A stretch of 64,000 nucleotides of DNA from assembly GCF_009914755.1 (NCBI RefSeq), contig NC_060928.1; one strand, 5' to 3'. Of the stretch, positions 14,935-30,130 are shown one piece after another. Below the pieces are notes generated by a model. It was not told the DNA's origin, made no database searches, and saw only the letters and a program-made list of their open reading frames with translations. Each line of letters begins with the position of its first letter. Position 1 is the stretch's first letter. A program made the translations under genes and the position numbers. Source of the DNA: the human T2T-CHM13v2.0 reference genome, Homo sapiens.

Positions 14935-16370
14935 GTATTTGTTCCCTAAATATGGCCTGAGTACTCCTGGGAATCACCAAGACTCTTTACAACGTCTGCA
15001 AGGTCAAAACTACTTTCATAATATTACTATTACATTATTTGTCTTTTTCACCATGTTGACATTTACACTAATGGTATAAAAGTAATGGTGAGTAAAACTG
15101 GTAACTGCTAGTGACTTCAATTTGTAATACTAGTCACTGTAGCCTTCACAGCCACAAAATCATGGTACATATAAATGGCAGTTTCACTTGAGAACATCTG
15201 TGATAAAGTAAAACATATTAATTTTATTAAGTTCTAACCTTTGTGTATAATCTTTTTAATATTTGGAAATTAAGCTGAAAGCACTTGTAACGCATGCTGA
15301 TGTATGAAAGTTGTCTCAAGGAAAAGCACTTGTGTGATTGAGTTGCAAGCTGACCTGGCAGTTTTTTTCATGAAACATCATTTTTATATGAAACAAAATG
15401 ACTGACAGACAAATTATGGTTATTAAACATTTTGTGAACATTTGTTCTTTGCATATAAAAGAAGTGAGCCTGTCATTGAAAAAAATAAAGAAAAAAGGAA
15501 ATGATAGGAATTGTTAGGAAATATAGGAATTATAGCAGTCAAACAAAATTTAGAATGCTCCCAAGTGCTTGAAGGCTTCTGAATATTTAGGCTATTTAAT
15601 GAGATCAGCTATGATATTAACATATCATCCCCTGAATAAGATAAAACGTTCTTCCTCTAAGTAAAGTAAACATAAAAGATCTGCATAACTTAGTGAGCCA
15701 ATATTTTCCAAGTTACCTGTAACATGATGATGTTACAGAATCACGCATGGGTAAAAGATCATTCGAAGTGCAACACAGTCCAACTGATTTTACTGTCACA
15801 GAATAGGCAAAGCTCACTGAGATAATTTTAGGTTCCACACAACAATAAGCCTTTAAAAACACTAGCCCTTTTTGAGTTTTAGTGTAGTAATAATGTCCAA
15901 GGTAATATCATCCACTGTAATAACACCCAAAATTATTTAACAACTATTAAAATACTTTCCCCTTCTAACTACATATCTGTGAGGCCAGATTTTCTTCAAA
16001 TTCTGCAATCAAAAGAACATATTGCAGCAGGATGAGTGAAGAAACAGATACGAGAATCCAGCTGTCTCCTCTTAAACCACAGACTTTCAGAAATGTAAAA
16101 CAACTTCTCTTTTCACACTAAATGATTTCTAGTTTAGCAAATGCAGGTATTTTCTATAAAAATATGTATGCTAACATGTAATGGGTAATATTGTTACTTT
16201 TAGTAAATTAACAAGTAAACATTTTTAAATTTTCTAATATGGTAAACAGCTTTAATTTCTAATATGGCAAATAGTTATAGATATAACCCACATAAATAAA
16301 AGCTTTCCAGAATCCTCGATTATTTTTAAGAATGGTATGGAGTGATGAGGCCACAACATGAGCATCAGTG
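14935..16370 (+). mobile_element. hAT-Charlie DNA transposon (Charlie1a-like), near full length
   Basis: gcaaggtcaaaactactttcataatattacta...tgttgacatttacactaatgg near 5' end; tagatataacccacataaataaaagct near 3' end; about 1.44 kb. Confidence 0.75.
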
Positions 16371-17060
16371 ATCCAAAGAACACTGCTCCACAGAGGAGCT
16401 GTCCTCTTCTGACTGTCCCCACCCTGCCTTCACTCATGGTCCTCGCCACTTCATTGTGTCCTCCCTAAATAATGTACAACTAAATACTTCTTGACGAATA
16501 GGTCGTGACTGTCACCTTGCTCATGTGATAGCACACCCATAAATTGCTACACCTAGCACTGAAAAACAGCTGAATAAAACCAGGTGACTTCATAAGGAAA
16601 AGTAACACAGGGAGAAGAAAACACTGAATTTACAGAATCAAAACATTCGGAGCTCCGCTATCATACTAGTGAAATAACTGCATAAAACCATGTGATTACT
16701 GAACCAGGCTGTAGCCTGGGAGGGCAAATGGATGCTTATCATTTGAGGGACAGGACAAAGCAAATAAAAGGGAAGCGAAAGCATCATTTGTCCATGCAGG
16801 AAAACAAATTTGTGCCAGGGCCGTTATGGAGGCCCAGATGCCAGCCACCAACCACTTCCAACACAACCCCAGCCACACTGCTAGACAGTGGTCACTGAGG
16901 GCATAGGCTTGACATCAAAATAACCCAAAGAAGAACTGTAAAATGAGAAATTATGGTAAGTTTTATTTTAAACAGAAAAATCTGGTTAGAAGTAAATAAC
17001 TAGATAGACAATTAGAATTAGAGTTTCTGTGTGGACACACAAACACATACACCACTTTCT

Positions 17061-17224
17061 CCTTCTCTGTCTCTCTCTCTCTCTCTTTCTATATATATAT
17101 ATATATATATGTATATGTATATGTATATATATGTATATGTATATATGTGTGTGTATATGTATATGTATATATGTGTGTGTATATGTATATGTGTATATAT
17201 ATATACACAAACACATATATATAT
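17061..17224. repeat. Compound microsatellite (TC)n-(TA)n-(TATATG)n
   Basis: Directly visible; source of the YI/HI-rich spurious ORFs. Confidence 0.97.
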
Positions 17225-19286
17225 AATTTCTTTATCTATCAATCAAATTGTATGTGTTAGTTCATTGTGCCTTACCACTGCTGTCTGAATTTAGATAACC
17301 AGTTCTCTTGATCAGAAGCCAAATTTAATAGGCCAGAATCTGTACAACAATTTGGCCCAGACTCGTGTACACAATAAATAACCAAATGATACATAAAGTG
17401 ATTTGGAGTGTAGAATATACTTTAAATTATACATAATATAGAACATAAGACAACAAAAACCATGACATATATTTAATAATTTTATCAGAGAGAATTCTTG
17501 GAACTCTAAAAATCCTCTTATTATTGTAATTTTATGGAGGATAATACTAATTAAAATTTTAGAAGCAATTACTAGTGTAAGTGCTTTATTCTTCTCCACT
17601 GCCTAGCCATACTATGAGTAAAATAAAATGTAGGCATACAATATCCTCAAGGATGGAATTATTTTGAATAATCAAGGGTTCTACTGGATTGGGTTCATCT
17701 TTTCTGTGCTGGTAGCTATGTCTTAATGCATTCTGAACAATGTAAGTCCCTACCTTTTAAAAACACACTATACCAAACATAACACAATTACATCATGTCT
17801 TGGGGCATTACCATAAACTGACTATTCTGATATGTACATATAATACATGTTTCCTATTCTCTACTTGCCCTCCTCTCATACACAAATTATATGTACATGC
17901 ACACTAATACAGCATGATATCTGCTAAGCAAACTAAGTCTAAGTATGGCACAAAGATATCTTCTAAGAATTACTGATATCAGAGTGAAGGGCTGTTGATT
18001 TCACCCTTGCCCTTACTCCATCCTAACTCCATACAGCCACAAATACACATAAAAGAGGGCTGCCCAGTGACATCAAAGATTACACCACTAGACTGCAGTG
18101 CTAGCCAGGAACTTCAAAACTTTCTGTTCCCTCTTCATTAGTTCCTTACTTATGTACCATCAGTACCTGGTGCCACCGGCCGTTGGCACAATTTTAAGTA
18201 CACCTGCCCTCAACATGGTTCTCTGCTTCTCATTCCCATGTGCTGCCCTCTGCTTTTCATTTTGGGGCTCTCTGCTTCTGCAACACTTGATCCTAAAAGC
18301 CTCACTTTCTCTAGATGACTTCTAATTAAGAAAAATCTTCCTTTTCTTCTTTAGAGCACCCATTATTCCACAGCTATCTGTTCTTGGTTATGTGTTTCAT
18401 TTAAAAGTATTTAAGTACCTATTCTAAGATAACAAATACTAAGCTGACCATATGTCTTTAAGTTTTAGTCAGAAAATTAAAAATTATGCTCCAAGGGTGT
18501 CCCTTCCTCCACCTATATCTAATATTCACTGTATTGATTCTTTGGCCTACTTTAACATTTCTCCATTGACAATACAGTTATTGTGCTGGACATTGAGCTA
18601 GGTACTGGGGATACAAAGGTAAAGAAAGTCATATACTACGGCCCTTGAAGAGGAAGCTTCAGCTGTATAATCCAGTCACATAGTTATCCATGTAATTAGA
18701 GTCTAGGTACTGAAAAAAGTTTTCAGACTAATGTAAAATCATCTGGTTATCAATATTAATAGTATTCTTTCAAGTCTTTTTCAAGGGCTTATCTATGTGA
18801 TAGGTAGAATCCAGACAAGGTTTTTGAAGTATATTTAGTTGTTCATTCACCCTTCACTAGGGCACAGCTTTCTTTCATTGGAGAAATTACACAGGAAGTG
18901 CTAAGAAAAGAAGGGGATCTTTAGGAAGTAATCTGTGGCATAACAGATATTACATTCACATCACCCACTCTGGTATCCAATAAAATCCTACAGCATTCAA
19001 GCAACATTCCAAGGTAAAAAGGCCACATTTGACATGGGTTACAGGAAGGATTATAAATCAAGTTGATGCCCTTAACTATCTATAAAAAGTAAAACTGTTA
19101 TTCTCTAATTCCATCCATTAGAATCATATAGATGTTAATCACAGTTATATCACAACCAAACATTAAAAACATTATTTCCACTTTAGATGTTTTACTTAGT
19201 TTAAGAAAATATACTCATTCCAAATTCTTCTAGATGAAAAAACTGGGTTGTACAATGCTTTAAGAGAGAGAAAACAGCCAAGATTA

Positions 19287-19484
<198 letters not shown>

Positions 19485-21761
19485 CTAAAAGGAAAGGGAT
19501 AAAAAGGCTAAGGATAAATACAAAGAATTAGGTAAAGATGATTAAATGCCTCTGACAATAGTAAATCCTTATTTTGTAGGATTACATTTCATTAAAATGA
19601 TTTAATTTCACAATGAGATTTTAAACAATTTATGATGGATATTCCCACTGGCTCAAAAAAATGTGCCTTAGAATCATGCATTAGTGTTAATTTCAAAATC
19701 ATTCTGCAGTTTACTTTTTTAAGCCCTCATGGAGCCCCAACTAAAAATGATTAAATTATACAAACCAGTATATTCTAGCAAAAGCACATAATCAAAATAG
19801 GGCTATAGCTACCCTTCCCAGCTGCCAAGAAACACTTCATTTGAAGCATTTTTCACATTCTTTGTGTATATTTAACTCTTGAGGACAGAATTAATCTTAA
19901 TAAAGTCATCTATTACTTGTGTTATGATGTTTGACTAGACTGGTTTTACTGCAAAGCAAAAAGGAATATAAATCTGATTTGACCTTTAAAATCACCAGGT
20001 GGTAACTGAGCAGTCAATTTGAAAGCATATTTCTGCCCTCAACATGCCTTTAATCTAGGCATAAACAATCACATGAGGAAAGGTGAATAAGTATAGTTAA
20101 AAGCAAGTTTCGATAAATGCTGGAGAGTTCAAAGAGAAAGGAGTGACCCCTCCCCAAAAGAGGAGGGAGACAGAGCATTTTAAACTGGCCCTACAGTCTC
20201 ATTAGGAGACCAGTTTTGCTCCCAACATAAAAACAGATAATTCCAATAAATGAAGGGTCAGAGCTATTTCTCAAGTCCCAGTGTTTCTCAAACTTAAGAG
20301 ATTGGAGAAAAGGGGAGGTGAAAGCAATTCCTTCAGGTATGTACACATCCTTTCTAAGACTACTTTTAGAATTTTTTTTCAATGTAACCTAAAAATTAAT
20401 AAAAGTATTAATGTTATCATCTAGGTTACAATCATCTAGGTTATAATCACAAAACAGAGCTTCCAGGGCCTGTGTTTGCCTTTGTTGTTAAGAACAAATT
20501 ACTGACAAGTGGTATTTGAACTGACATAGACAAATGAAAAAAGAATAGAAAAAGGTTTTTTTAAATGACATTTCTCAGAAGACAACACTGGCTGTCATAG
20601 AGAAAAAGGGGTGGGGCAATTACCTCATCACCTGACAACATCAAAGAACCATCACCATAGCAAAACATTTTCATCTTCCATATTAACTTGTTAACATTAA
20701 CATAATTGACTTTGCAGCCTTATTATTTAATTAGCGAATTTGCATTTTGGTATTAAAATGTGTATTTGGATATGTACTATCATATTTATAATTTTTAAAG
20801 AGCTATAAACTAAAGACCTTAGTCAGTATCAGTGTCTTTTGATTTTTTTTCCTTGAAACAATTTATATTATACTCGAGTTTGAAAAACACAATCGAATCA
20901 ACTACCATGCTAGCCAACAACACTGTGTAAAACAAGCATCTCCTGGATTTTGTATTTGGCAAGCACTTAACTTTCCATTTTTACTACAAGCTGATATACA
21001 AAATAGTTATTTATCTTTACATTTCAGTAAGAGCCTTTACTCCCCAGGTCCACATTATGGTTCAATCTAAAGTAAAATATATAACATTTTAACTTATAAC
21101 AGACCTCTCTTCTTTCCATTCCCTGACAGAAGGGGCAAAATATGCCAATTTGTGTTTCATTATTGTTTAGAAATTATATATACATATCTATTGTTATAGC
21201 ACTGAATTATTCCAAACAGATAATTACTAATTTATTTGTAATTTATTTATAAAATCACAGCATTTCTTTTGCTGCTATGTATTTCATTGTTCATTTATAT
21301 GACTGCCATTGGTTCCAAACTGAAGAAGTTCCAAACTAAAGGATATTAGGGTTATATTAATGAAAAAAATTAAAATATTCCTTTCACTTAACTCAAAAAT
21401 ATATCTATTATTAGGTTCCAATTTTGGTTAGCTAGTTTCAAAAGACATTAAAGGTATAATACTAAACTACCTTAAATATGAACAAGAAAGCATGGAAACA
21501 GCTCACTTTAAGAATACTGAATAAATTTATGAGATTAAAATGAGCAACACACTATGAATATACTGTGTGACTATTATTGCAGACAAAGTAATCTCTCTTG
21601 AAAGCTCACTATACTTTTCCTTTATTTATTGAAAGTCAACAAAAAATGTGTTAAATTCATGCAAAAAGTAATTAAAGCAAAGAAAGTTGAAAGACTAGTT
21701 TATTCAGAGAGCTAAAAAAAACAGATAATATCATTATTACTCAGCATTAAAAATACAGGAA

Positions 21762-22205
21762 CCCATATGCCCTAGATGTGATTATTATACACTGAATACC
21801 TGTATCAAAATACAATATCTCAGGCTGGGCACAGTGACTTATGCCTATAATCCCAGAACTTTGGGAACCCAAGGCGGGCACATCATTTGAGGTCAAGAGT
21901 TCAAGGCCAGCCTGGCCAGCATGGTGAAACTCCGTCTCTACTAAAAATACAAAAAATTAGCCAGGCGTGGTAGCAGGCACCTATAATCCCAGCTACTTGG
22001 GAGTTTGAGGCTCAAGAATTGCTTGAACCCAGGAGGCACAGGTTGTGGAGAGCGGAGAGCCGAGATGGCACCACTGCACTCCAGCCTGGGTGACAGAGTG
22101 AGACTCTGACTCAAACAAACAAACAAACAAACAAACAATATATATATATAATATCTCCTGTGTATAACTATATCTACTATGTACCCATAAAAATTAAATA
22201 TTAAA
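21762..22205 (+). mobile_element. Short 5'-truncated L1MA 3' end, split by an Alu
   Basis: gatgtgattattatacactgaatacctgtatcaaaa...ctactatgtacccataaaaattaaa; TSD aaaaatacaggaa at both ends. Confidence 0.75.
21823..22137 (+). mobile_element. AluS with (AAAC)n tail
   Basis: Full dimeric Alu; aatatctc on both sides. Confidence 0.92.
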
Positions 22206-22376
22206 AAAATACAGGAAAAGAAAGTTACTCAATTCAATCCTTTTGAAACAGTTGTATTAAGGACAGATAAGATAGATAGATACTGAAACAGGAGTTATTT
22301 CTTCACATTCATTCAGTATCACACACTAATGGCAGAAAACTACCATACTTCATGGTTACTTCTAAAGTTAACACTG

Positions 22377-22660
22377 CCTGAGTGCAGTGTCTCATGCCTG
22401 TAATTCCAGCACTTTCAGAGGAGGATAGCTTGAGCCCAGGAGTTCAAGACCATCCTGGGCAACATAGCAAGACCCTATCTCTACAAAAATTTTAAAAAAT
22501 TATCTGGGCATGGTGAGACATGACTAGTCTCAGCTACTCGGGAGGTTTCAACAGGAGGATCACTTGAGCCCAGGTGTTCAAGGATACAGTAAGCTATGAT
22601 GACACCACTGCACTACAGCCTGGGCAACAGAGCGAGACTCTGTCTCCAAAATAAGGAAAA
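22377..22660 (+). mobile_element. AluJ
   Basis: gcttgagcccaggagttcaagacc...ggcaacatagcaagaccc J-type diagnostics; degenerate TSD aaagttaacact/aaagtcaacatt. Confidence 0.88.
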
Positions 22661-23321
22661 AAGTCAACATTAAAACCTTTAAGTGTATTTGTTACAATAC
22701 AAATTTTACTATTTAAAATATATACTTTAAAACGCATTATTGAGCACGTAAAAAATAAACTTGATTCCCTTGAGGTAATGACCCAAGTAGCATAAGACAC
22801 ACACAAAAAAATCTCCAAATCACTATATGAACATTTTCTTTGAGTTAAGCAAGTATTTATCGAGTCCCCATTCTGTACCAGAAACTTCCCTATGCTCTAG
22901 AGAGGTAAAGATCAAAGCCTATCCCAATAACAAAAGGGTTCAGTCTATTAACTTGCCAATAAACATAAGAATTCACTTTGAAATATAAAATTATTAAAGT
23001 ACTACTCATATTTCTTAGAAAGAAACAGCCTACATTAATTCAAAAATATATAAAAATTGATAAGCTCCTGCTCATTGAGTACTTTTTAGAAGCCATCTAT
23101 CAGCAAAGCTATGGGTTATGAAGAGTCTACATCTAACTCAGGTTCTCATTCATGGAAAAAAATAGGTCTATCCTGAAAGATGAAGAAAGTGAACATTGTC
23201 TGAAGAGCTGATATAAATCATGCATTTGTCATTTTGAGTAAATATTTTGATAGATTAATATATAATTATCACATGTTAGTTAACATATATACCCATACTG
23301 CTTAAACACGTAATCTGTTCA

Positions 23322-23507
<186 letters not shown>

Positions 23508-26475
23508 TTAGAAACAAAGAGAAACATTTAAGAAGCAATAGCAGGGTCCTATTAATTTCCTCCCATGTATGCCAGACTTAGTTGCTTTCTCCAAAATGTT
23601 GGCTTTGTAGCTCTAAGAATGTTAACTTTTTATTTTTTACAACAAATTCCAGTTCCATTATTTGCTAATTCACTGTGTGACTAGGCAGAAGTCCTTTCAT
23701 CTTACATCTTCAGTCTTCTCAACTGGAAAACGTGGGGACTGAATTAGCAGAATTCTCAAAGTTACCATGAACATTTTTTAAAAGTATGTACTTCTACAGC
23801 GGGGGCTGGGATTTGAGGTAAATAGACTCCAGTGACACAAGACCTCTGTCAAGCAAGGTGAGTTGCCTTTGGGCCCCTCCCAAAGTTCCCTCAAATCCCA
23901 CCACGGTCCCTATAACCTCCTGTGAATAGATAATAGGCAGAATTGGATTGTAGGTAGAGAGCTGAGGAGGAAAGCCTCTGAGGGCAGAGGGTGTGCATCA
24001 GAGCTCAGGCCCTCCCATTCTGGGAGAGGGAAAGTTACAATGCCCCTGCTTCCTGGACTGGAGGCTCCCTGATTCAGCCCTTGGGCAGTTGGAAAAAGTC
24101 TCCAAGGCTTTGAGGGATGGGGTCTTTCAGAGAGGAATTAAATTGGGATAGCAAGACTATTAGCCACCCTGGGTATTTCACTTTCTTCTCATTATCCAGC
24201 CTGGGGCTGAGGGGAAAGCAACCTCAGAAAACATATATAGAAATCTTATGGTACTTTCTAACTTTCATATAATGCTATTTTTATAGTTCTTCTTAACACA
24301 TGGGCCTAAGTTTTAGTGGCCATTTTAAATACAATTTCAGCAATGAATGTGTGCAATGAGAACACGATGTTTAATAACAATACGGTATAAAATGTATGTA
24401 GTATGTGACTATATAAATAAGACAGACTAGTATTTGAATATAATTTCCCTTTTTAGAAAACAATCATATTAACATAGATTCCCATATCATATTGATAACA
24501 AGGCAAAATTAAGAATAATTAAATTTCTATATCTAAATAAGAGATTATCTCAATTTTAGCCAAGCTCTTCTAAATTCCTTCCATCATAACTAGCACTAAA
24601 TTTAGAAATACGAAGACTCTATTATTTCTTCACATGAAAGGAAGGAAGAAAGGAAGGAAGGGAGGGAGGGACAAAAAGAAGGAGAAAAGGAAAAGAAAAA
24701 TTACCTTCTCTTTGTCTTTCTAAATAGAATTATCCCTCTCTAACTTAAAGTCTCTTAGAGTCCTTTTGAAATTTAATGTCTGAAACAAAGTCACGTCCAT
24801 ACAATGCATGAACTATGTGGATTCTGAGAGCTTGGTTTTTTGTGTGTTTTTGTTGCAGAGTATTATTCTTATACACTATCTTTATACTTTCTGTTTTATT
24901 TAAACATTCTGTTTGTATAAGTTGTATAATCAGTGATAGCATAAGGAAATATCAATTGATAAAAGACTGTAAACATTAATGTTAATATCAAATCGATTCA
25001 GGTACTGAAAGAGATCTTTTTAAAAAAACCTCTAAGATTGTTCCTATCAAAGCATTTTCATTAAACTATCAAGTGAATAAAAATGTTGGTCCCTGTACAA
25101 AATCTCATCAAGCTATAGCAAGGAAGTTCTTACCTTCCTTCTTTCATACTTTAATTGCAGATTTCTTTGTGTTAAATTTATCAGATTTTTTCCCTATCTT
25201 AGTACCTACAAGCTAGCCAGCAACTTGCCTTTTGGTTTTCAACATATTGGGAAATAGCAACAATTTCCAAAATCATTACAAGTTATTCTTCACATTTTGA
25301 GCCAGAAAGCTGATGTAAGTTTCTAACAACAGCTTTCATATTTTAAAGTTAAATAAATGGGTTTTAATTTTCATATTGCATAAGACGTAGTATTTTGTCC
25401 TCCCTATTTTAGCCATTTCTGGTTTTCCCATTCTTTTCACTAACTGATATCTAACTTTATTTCCCTAAAATAACTCATTTACTCACTCAGTTATCAAAGT
25501 TGATTTTCCTGGCCAAATGTCACGATGCATCTTCATAAAGCCTGTGATTAATGTGCTGATCAACATCATATTAAATACATACTCCACAGCACAGTCTACA
25601 CATAGTCACTTTAATCCTATTTCTCAAGTGAATGAGAACAAAAAAACTGAAAGCAAAGGTGGTAGATTACTTCTGTTAAGAATTCCTTGCTGTTATTAGA
25701 AATAAAATTTCATCATTCCCAAGCAAAATTTCCCAAGCATCAAGTCAAATTTAGCCATATTTCAATAGTATGAATGAGGTTTACTTGTCCAAATCTCTAT
25801 TCTAACATTCATTCATCTCATAACAGTTATTTTTCTAAATCAAACTGGTAATGAACTATAATAGAAATTCCTGCAATTGCACAACAAATTTTATTTTTAA
25901 ACACATAATTCTTTTTAATAAGAAAAATGGTAAGTTGTGCTAATAACTTCTTTAGACCTGTAAGCTGAATGCAGAATGACCTGAGAGCATAACACTGCCT
26001 TTTTTTACAGGAAGCAGATTGCATTTCATCAGAATCATTACCACTCAATACTTATTTTAAGAAATCTTAGTATCTTTATTATTTGGCATTTTAAACACTT
26101 GACCAGAGGAAAATTCTCCAAGATACTGCCTCTGTATAACCAACTGTCAAAATTAATTACTTTTTTCTTTCCTCAGGAATATTAAAAGTTTAAGCAGCAG
26201 TAGGAACTTCATGTGTATAGAGGATTTTCTACTGATTAAGCTAATTAACTTAAAAGTAAGAAGTGTAAATATTACCCATGGTACATAATTTTTCCATTAA
26301 TTTTAGATATAGTACTGTAGTAAGTTTCTGGCTACTTCAGCATCTAAACAGAGAATCCACTTTAAAACTCAGCTTGGCAATAACATGTTCTTCTCAATGA
26401 AGGGATATCCTTTAGTGATATAACTGGACATTCTGTGGTGTTGTAAAAAGAGCTCTAAGTGTAGGCGTTAGACTT

Positions 26476-26660
26476 TCATGGTGCGTATGTATGAAACTTA
26501 ATCAGAAAGAAAAAGAATGTGACTGCAAAAAGAAGAAATCTGAGACAGTAGCAAGTAGGAAACGCACCTCATGGTGTGTATGTATAAAATTAATCCAAAA
26601 GAAAAAAATTGCCTCTGACAAAAGAAGAAATCTCAGGCAGTGGTAAGTAGGAAAAGCACC
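26476..26660. repeat. Diverged two-copy tandem repeat, unit about 93 bp
   Basis: tcatggtgcgtatgtatgaaac...aagtaggaaacgcacc followed by tcatggtgtgtatgtataaaa...aagtaggaaaagcacc. Confidence 0.9.
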
Positions 26661-27200
26661 TATCAGGGACCTGTTTGCTACTCCTTGCGCTGTGAAATCT
26701 TGAGTATGTCATGGTGCTTTGGAGCCTCAATATTTTGTATCCTCCTCAAATTAAGGTGTCCGATTAGATGTGCACTCTGATCCTTTACAACTTGAAAAGT
26801 TTGTGAGCTCATAAAACGATGCCAGATATCTGCATATTTTAAAGAGTCTGACACGTTTTCTTAATCATTATATTTGAAAGGAAACAAAATCATGTGTCAA
26901 AACAAAACTCAAAGATGTCTTCCTGAATATGGAAAATGCTTTTATATAGAAACTTTAAATAATGGGAAGAAATTATAGAAAATAAAATATCTCATAAAAT
27001 AATTAATATTACTGTGGAAAAATAAAGCAAATATAAAGCGAAAAAAAGTGAAAGGCAGAATTTTCGGTCTTTCTTATGTTTACAGTCAGATTATATAAAT
27101 ACTTATAGGCACACCTCTGGGATGTCTACATTCTCAAAGGTTATAAAAACAAAGTATGAGATAATTCCTTATATTCTCAACTGCCTGAATCGTGACTTAC

Positions 27201-27294
27201 TGTTATGTATTAGCAGGTGTCTCTGTAAAGAAAATGGGGTCCGGAACAAAGCTTTACATTCTTCACATTGGAACGGTCTCTCCTCAGAGTGGGT
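27201..27294 (-). CDS. PRDM5: PRDM5 exon 11 (one C2H2 finger), 94 nt, phase 0 to 1
   Basis: Manual translation [31 protein letters not shown](S); acceptor ttcctctgcag|ACC, donor AACA|gtaagt. Confidence 0.96.
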
Positions 27295-27829
27295 CTGCAG
27301 AGGAAAAACACTGAGTCAGGAGGATCTAGAATCAACCAGTCATTACAATGAACGAGTGGAGCTTGGATTCATGATGCGAAAGAGGAAAGAAGGGAAGGTG
27401 GACAGTATCTGTTTCTTCTAGTGCCATTCTTCCACCGTAAAATTGTAAAGACAAATGTGCTGTGTTTGCAAGAGGAAAAATAACTTTTGAATGCTCACAG
27501 TAATTATTAACTTGATAAATAGTAAAAAAAAAATATTCCTATTATCTCAAACTGCTAATCTGAATACACACTGAGATTTCTCAGGGCCTACTTTGTAGTG
27601 AAACTGTGCGTACTTTCTCTGAAAACTAAGCCTCCCCTATCACTGGCCAGGCTTTTACTCTGCTGGTACAACATTTGCAACACAGATAAAAGAAATTATT
27701 AAAAGAGAAATTGTTTTCACCCTTTTCTCTCAACTTCACTGAATCAGTTCAAATAATTCTAGTCCTAGGTGCTGCTTTTCCCCTAAATTACACTAGAGCA
27801 CTTATTCATGTTATAATTAACCCTAATTA

Positions 27830-28000
27830 ACATTCATTAAATATTTAATTTGTGTCAAATGCTATTCTAAACACTTTACATAAATCATTTCACTTAATTA
27901 CAACAGTAACTGGATTAATAAAACACTATTACTGACTCCAGTTTACAAATGATAAAACTAAGGCTCAAAAAGTTGCGGTAACTTGGGAAGGTCAAACAGC
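27830..28000 (-). mobile_element. MIR
   Basis: ccagtttacaaatgataaaactaaggctcaaaaagtt...aaggtcaaacagc. Confidence 0.65.
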
Positions 28001-28499
28001 ATAGATTTCCCAAACAATATTAAGCACCCAGGTACATAAGAAACAAAAATATACTGACAAACAAGAAACAATGAAAAGCCACTAACTAGATCTAAAATTC
28101 AAAAACAAAACCAAAACAAAACAGCAAACACTGCTCACTCCACCTCTTTTACATTACACACCAGTATAAACCCATTCGGCACAAATCAGTAAATAAAATC
28201 TTATTCTACTATAGATGGCATGATAATAAGTCTCATAAATGCTAAAAAATCAAAAATTAAACTATTATCTCATATTACATAAAACAAATCATAACTGATG
28301 GGTTTTTATAATACATGTGACAAAAACAAAAAAGTAATTTAAAGAAAAGTCACTTTATTTATAGCCTATTAATTTATATATTTTCTTAGTTTAGCAGACA
28401 TAATATTAAACATACAAGCATAATCTATTAGCATAATGTTGGTGAGAAAGACATTTTCATGTTTGGTTTTATTTGTGAAAGATATAGAGAAAGCATGAA

Positions 28500-29065
28500 A
28501 GAACAGATATTTAAGATTAGTCAGGATAAATCACAGATAATCTAATGTGCTATTTACCCAAAGAAATTAAAATGACAGCATGGAAATACATAGATCAATA
28601 AAACAGAAAAACAAGTAGGTCTCTTGCATTACATAAAATACATGAACATTTAGTACAGGAGAAATATGGCATTTAAAATTGGTGGGAAAAGAGTAGAAAG
28701 TTTAGTAAATGGCTTTGAGGCAAACGTCCAGATATTCGGGCAAAAGTAATGTTGGATCTACCACTCACCTCCTACAATAAGATAAATTGCAAATCAATTT
28801 AGGTATTTTTCTTAAAATGAAGAATAACACTTTAAATGTACTAGAAGAAAATCCGAGTAAATTTTTAAATAACTTTTGAGTCTGGAAAGGCTTTCCAAGC
28901 AAGGTAAACCAGACATTGAAATGACAGAAATAAACTTAAAGCTCCAAAGCAAAAATCTTTGATGACAAAATAAATATCTGCAACATAAAACAGAAGTGTA
29001 ATGTTGCTAATATAAGAAGTTATGGCATCTTAATAAGAAAAGATGAAAATGGACAAAAGGACTCC
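28500..29065 (+). mobile_element. Old L1M(E) ORF2 3' fragment (appears to continue at about 30140-30720 after the L2)
   Basis: tagatcaataaaacagaa, aaatggctttgaggcaaac, ttggatctaccactcacc, ctagaagaaaat resemble degenerate L1 ORF2. Confidence 0.55.
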
Positions 29066-29087
29066 CTTCCAAATAGCACTCCTAAAA

Positions 29088-30130
29088 TTTCATTCATCGT
29101 TTTATTTTATGCCAGGTCTACGCTATGTGTTTCATGCCTCTACTAGCAAGTCCTATTTTAGATGCTGAGCCTATAGCCATGAACCAAAAGACAATGTCCC
29201 TGCTATCACGAAGCTTTTACACTAGCAGAGGAGAAGGACAATAAACAAATGAAAAAGTATGTACTATATTAGGAAGGGATAAATGTGATGGAGAAAAATA
29301 AAGCAAGAAAGAAGATAACAAACATTTCAGAGAATGGGGTAGCAATTTTAAATAGGTGGTCAAGAAAATTCTAGCTGAGAAGGTGACCTATGAGATAAGA
29401 TCTGATGGATATGAAGGAGCAAGGGTGGGTATTCAGGTGACCTAGTCAAGAAACATCACGGAAGCCAGTGTGGTTGGAGCCATGTGAAATGGGCAGAGAA
29501 GTGGAGAGATGCAGTCAGAAGAATGGGAGAAGTGAGGAGGAGAAGCAAATCGTGTACGGCCTGACTGGCCAGTGCAGGAATTTTGTCTTTTATTCTAAGA
29601 GAGATGTAACTTTCTGCAGGATTTTGAGCAGATGAGGGACACAATTCACCTGACATTTAACAGGATGCCTTGATGGCTGTGTTGACAACAAAATGTAGGG
29701 GAAAACACAAAGTGGAGAAGCAACAGCAATGCAGCAGGAGAGAGATAATTAGAGCTTATCCAGGTTGGTAGCCACAGATGTGAAGAGAAGTAGTAGAGTT
29801 CTAAATATCTTCTGAAAGTGAACAGGTTTTGAGAAAGTACCTGGATATGAAGCATGAGACACAAAAAGAAGGAGGCAAGCATGACTCCAAGATTTGTGAT
29901 CTGAGCAATGCAATGATGGATTAGCCACTAACAGATATGCAGAAGAGCAGCAAGAAACAAGTCTGAGTAAAACATCAGGGGTTCAATTTGGGGCAAGTTC
30001 AAATAAATATTACGAGATGTCTAGCACTACAGGTACTTGAATATTTCAAGTCTGGATAATAAGGTATAAGATGGAGATGTCAGATTACATATGGTATCAA
30101 TATTTAAAGCCATGAATATGATAAAGGAAT
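29088..30130 (-). mobile_element. L2 (L2a-like)
   Basis: ttcattcatc start, gtccctgctatcacgaagc, ggaagccagtgtggttggagc, ggattttgagcag, catgactccaagattt. Confidence 0.75.

Noticed and set aside
16986-17288. Overlapping YI/HI-repeat ORFs
   Set aside because: Translation artefacts of the (TA)n/(TATATG)n microsatellite
20414-20448. Short direct duplications (atcatctaggtta x2; similar at about 3669-3693 and 30838-30864)
   Set aside because: Ordinary replication-slippage micro-duplications with no evidence of function
23800-24230. GC-richer block in intron 11 as a cryptic exon or regulatory element
   Set aside because: No frame or splice support; more likely an old LTR remnant that I cannot assign by eye
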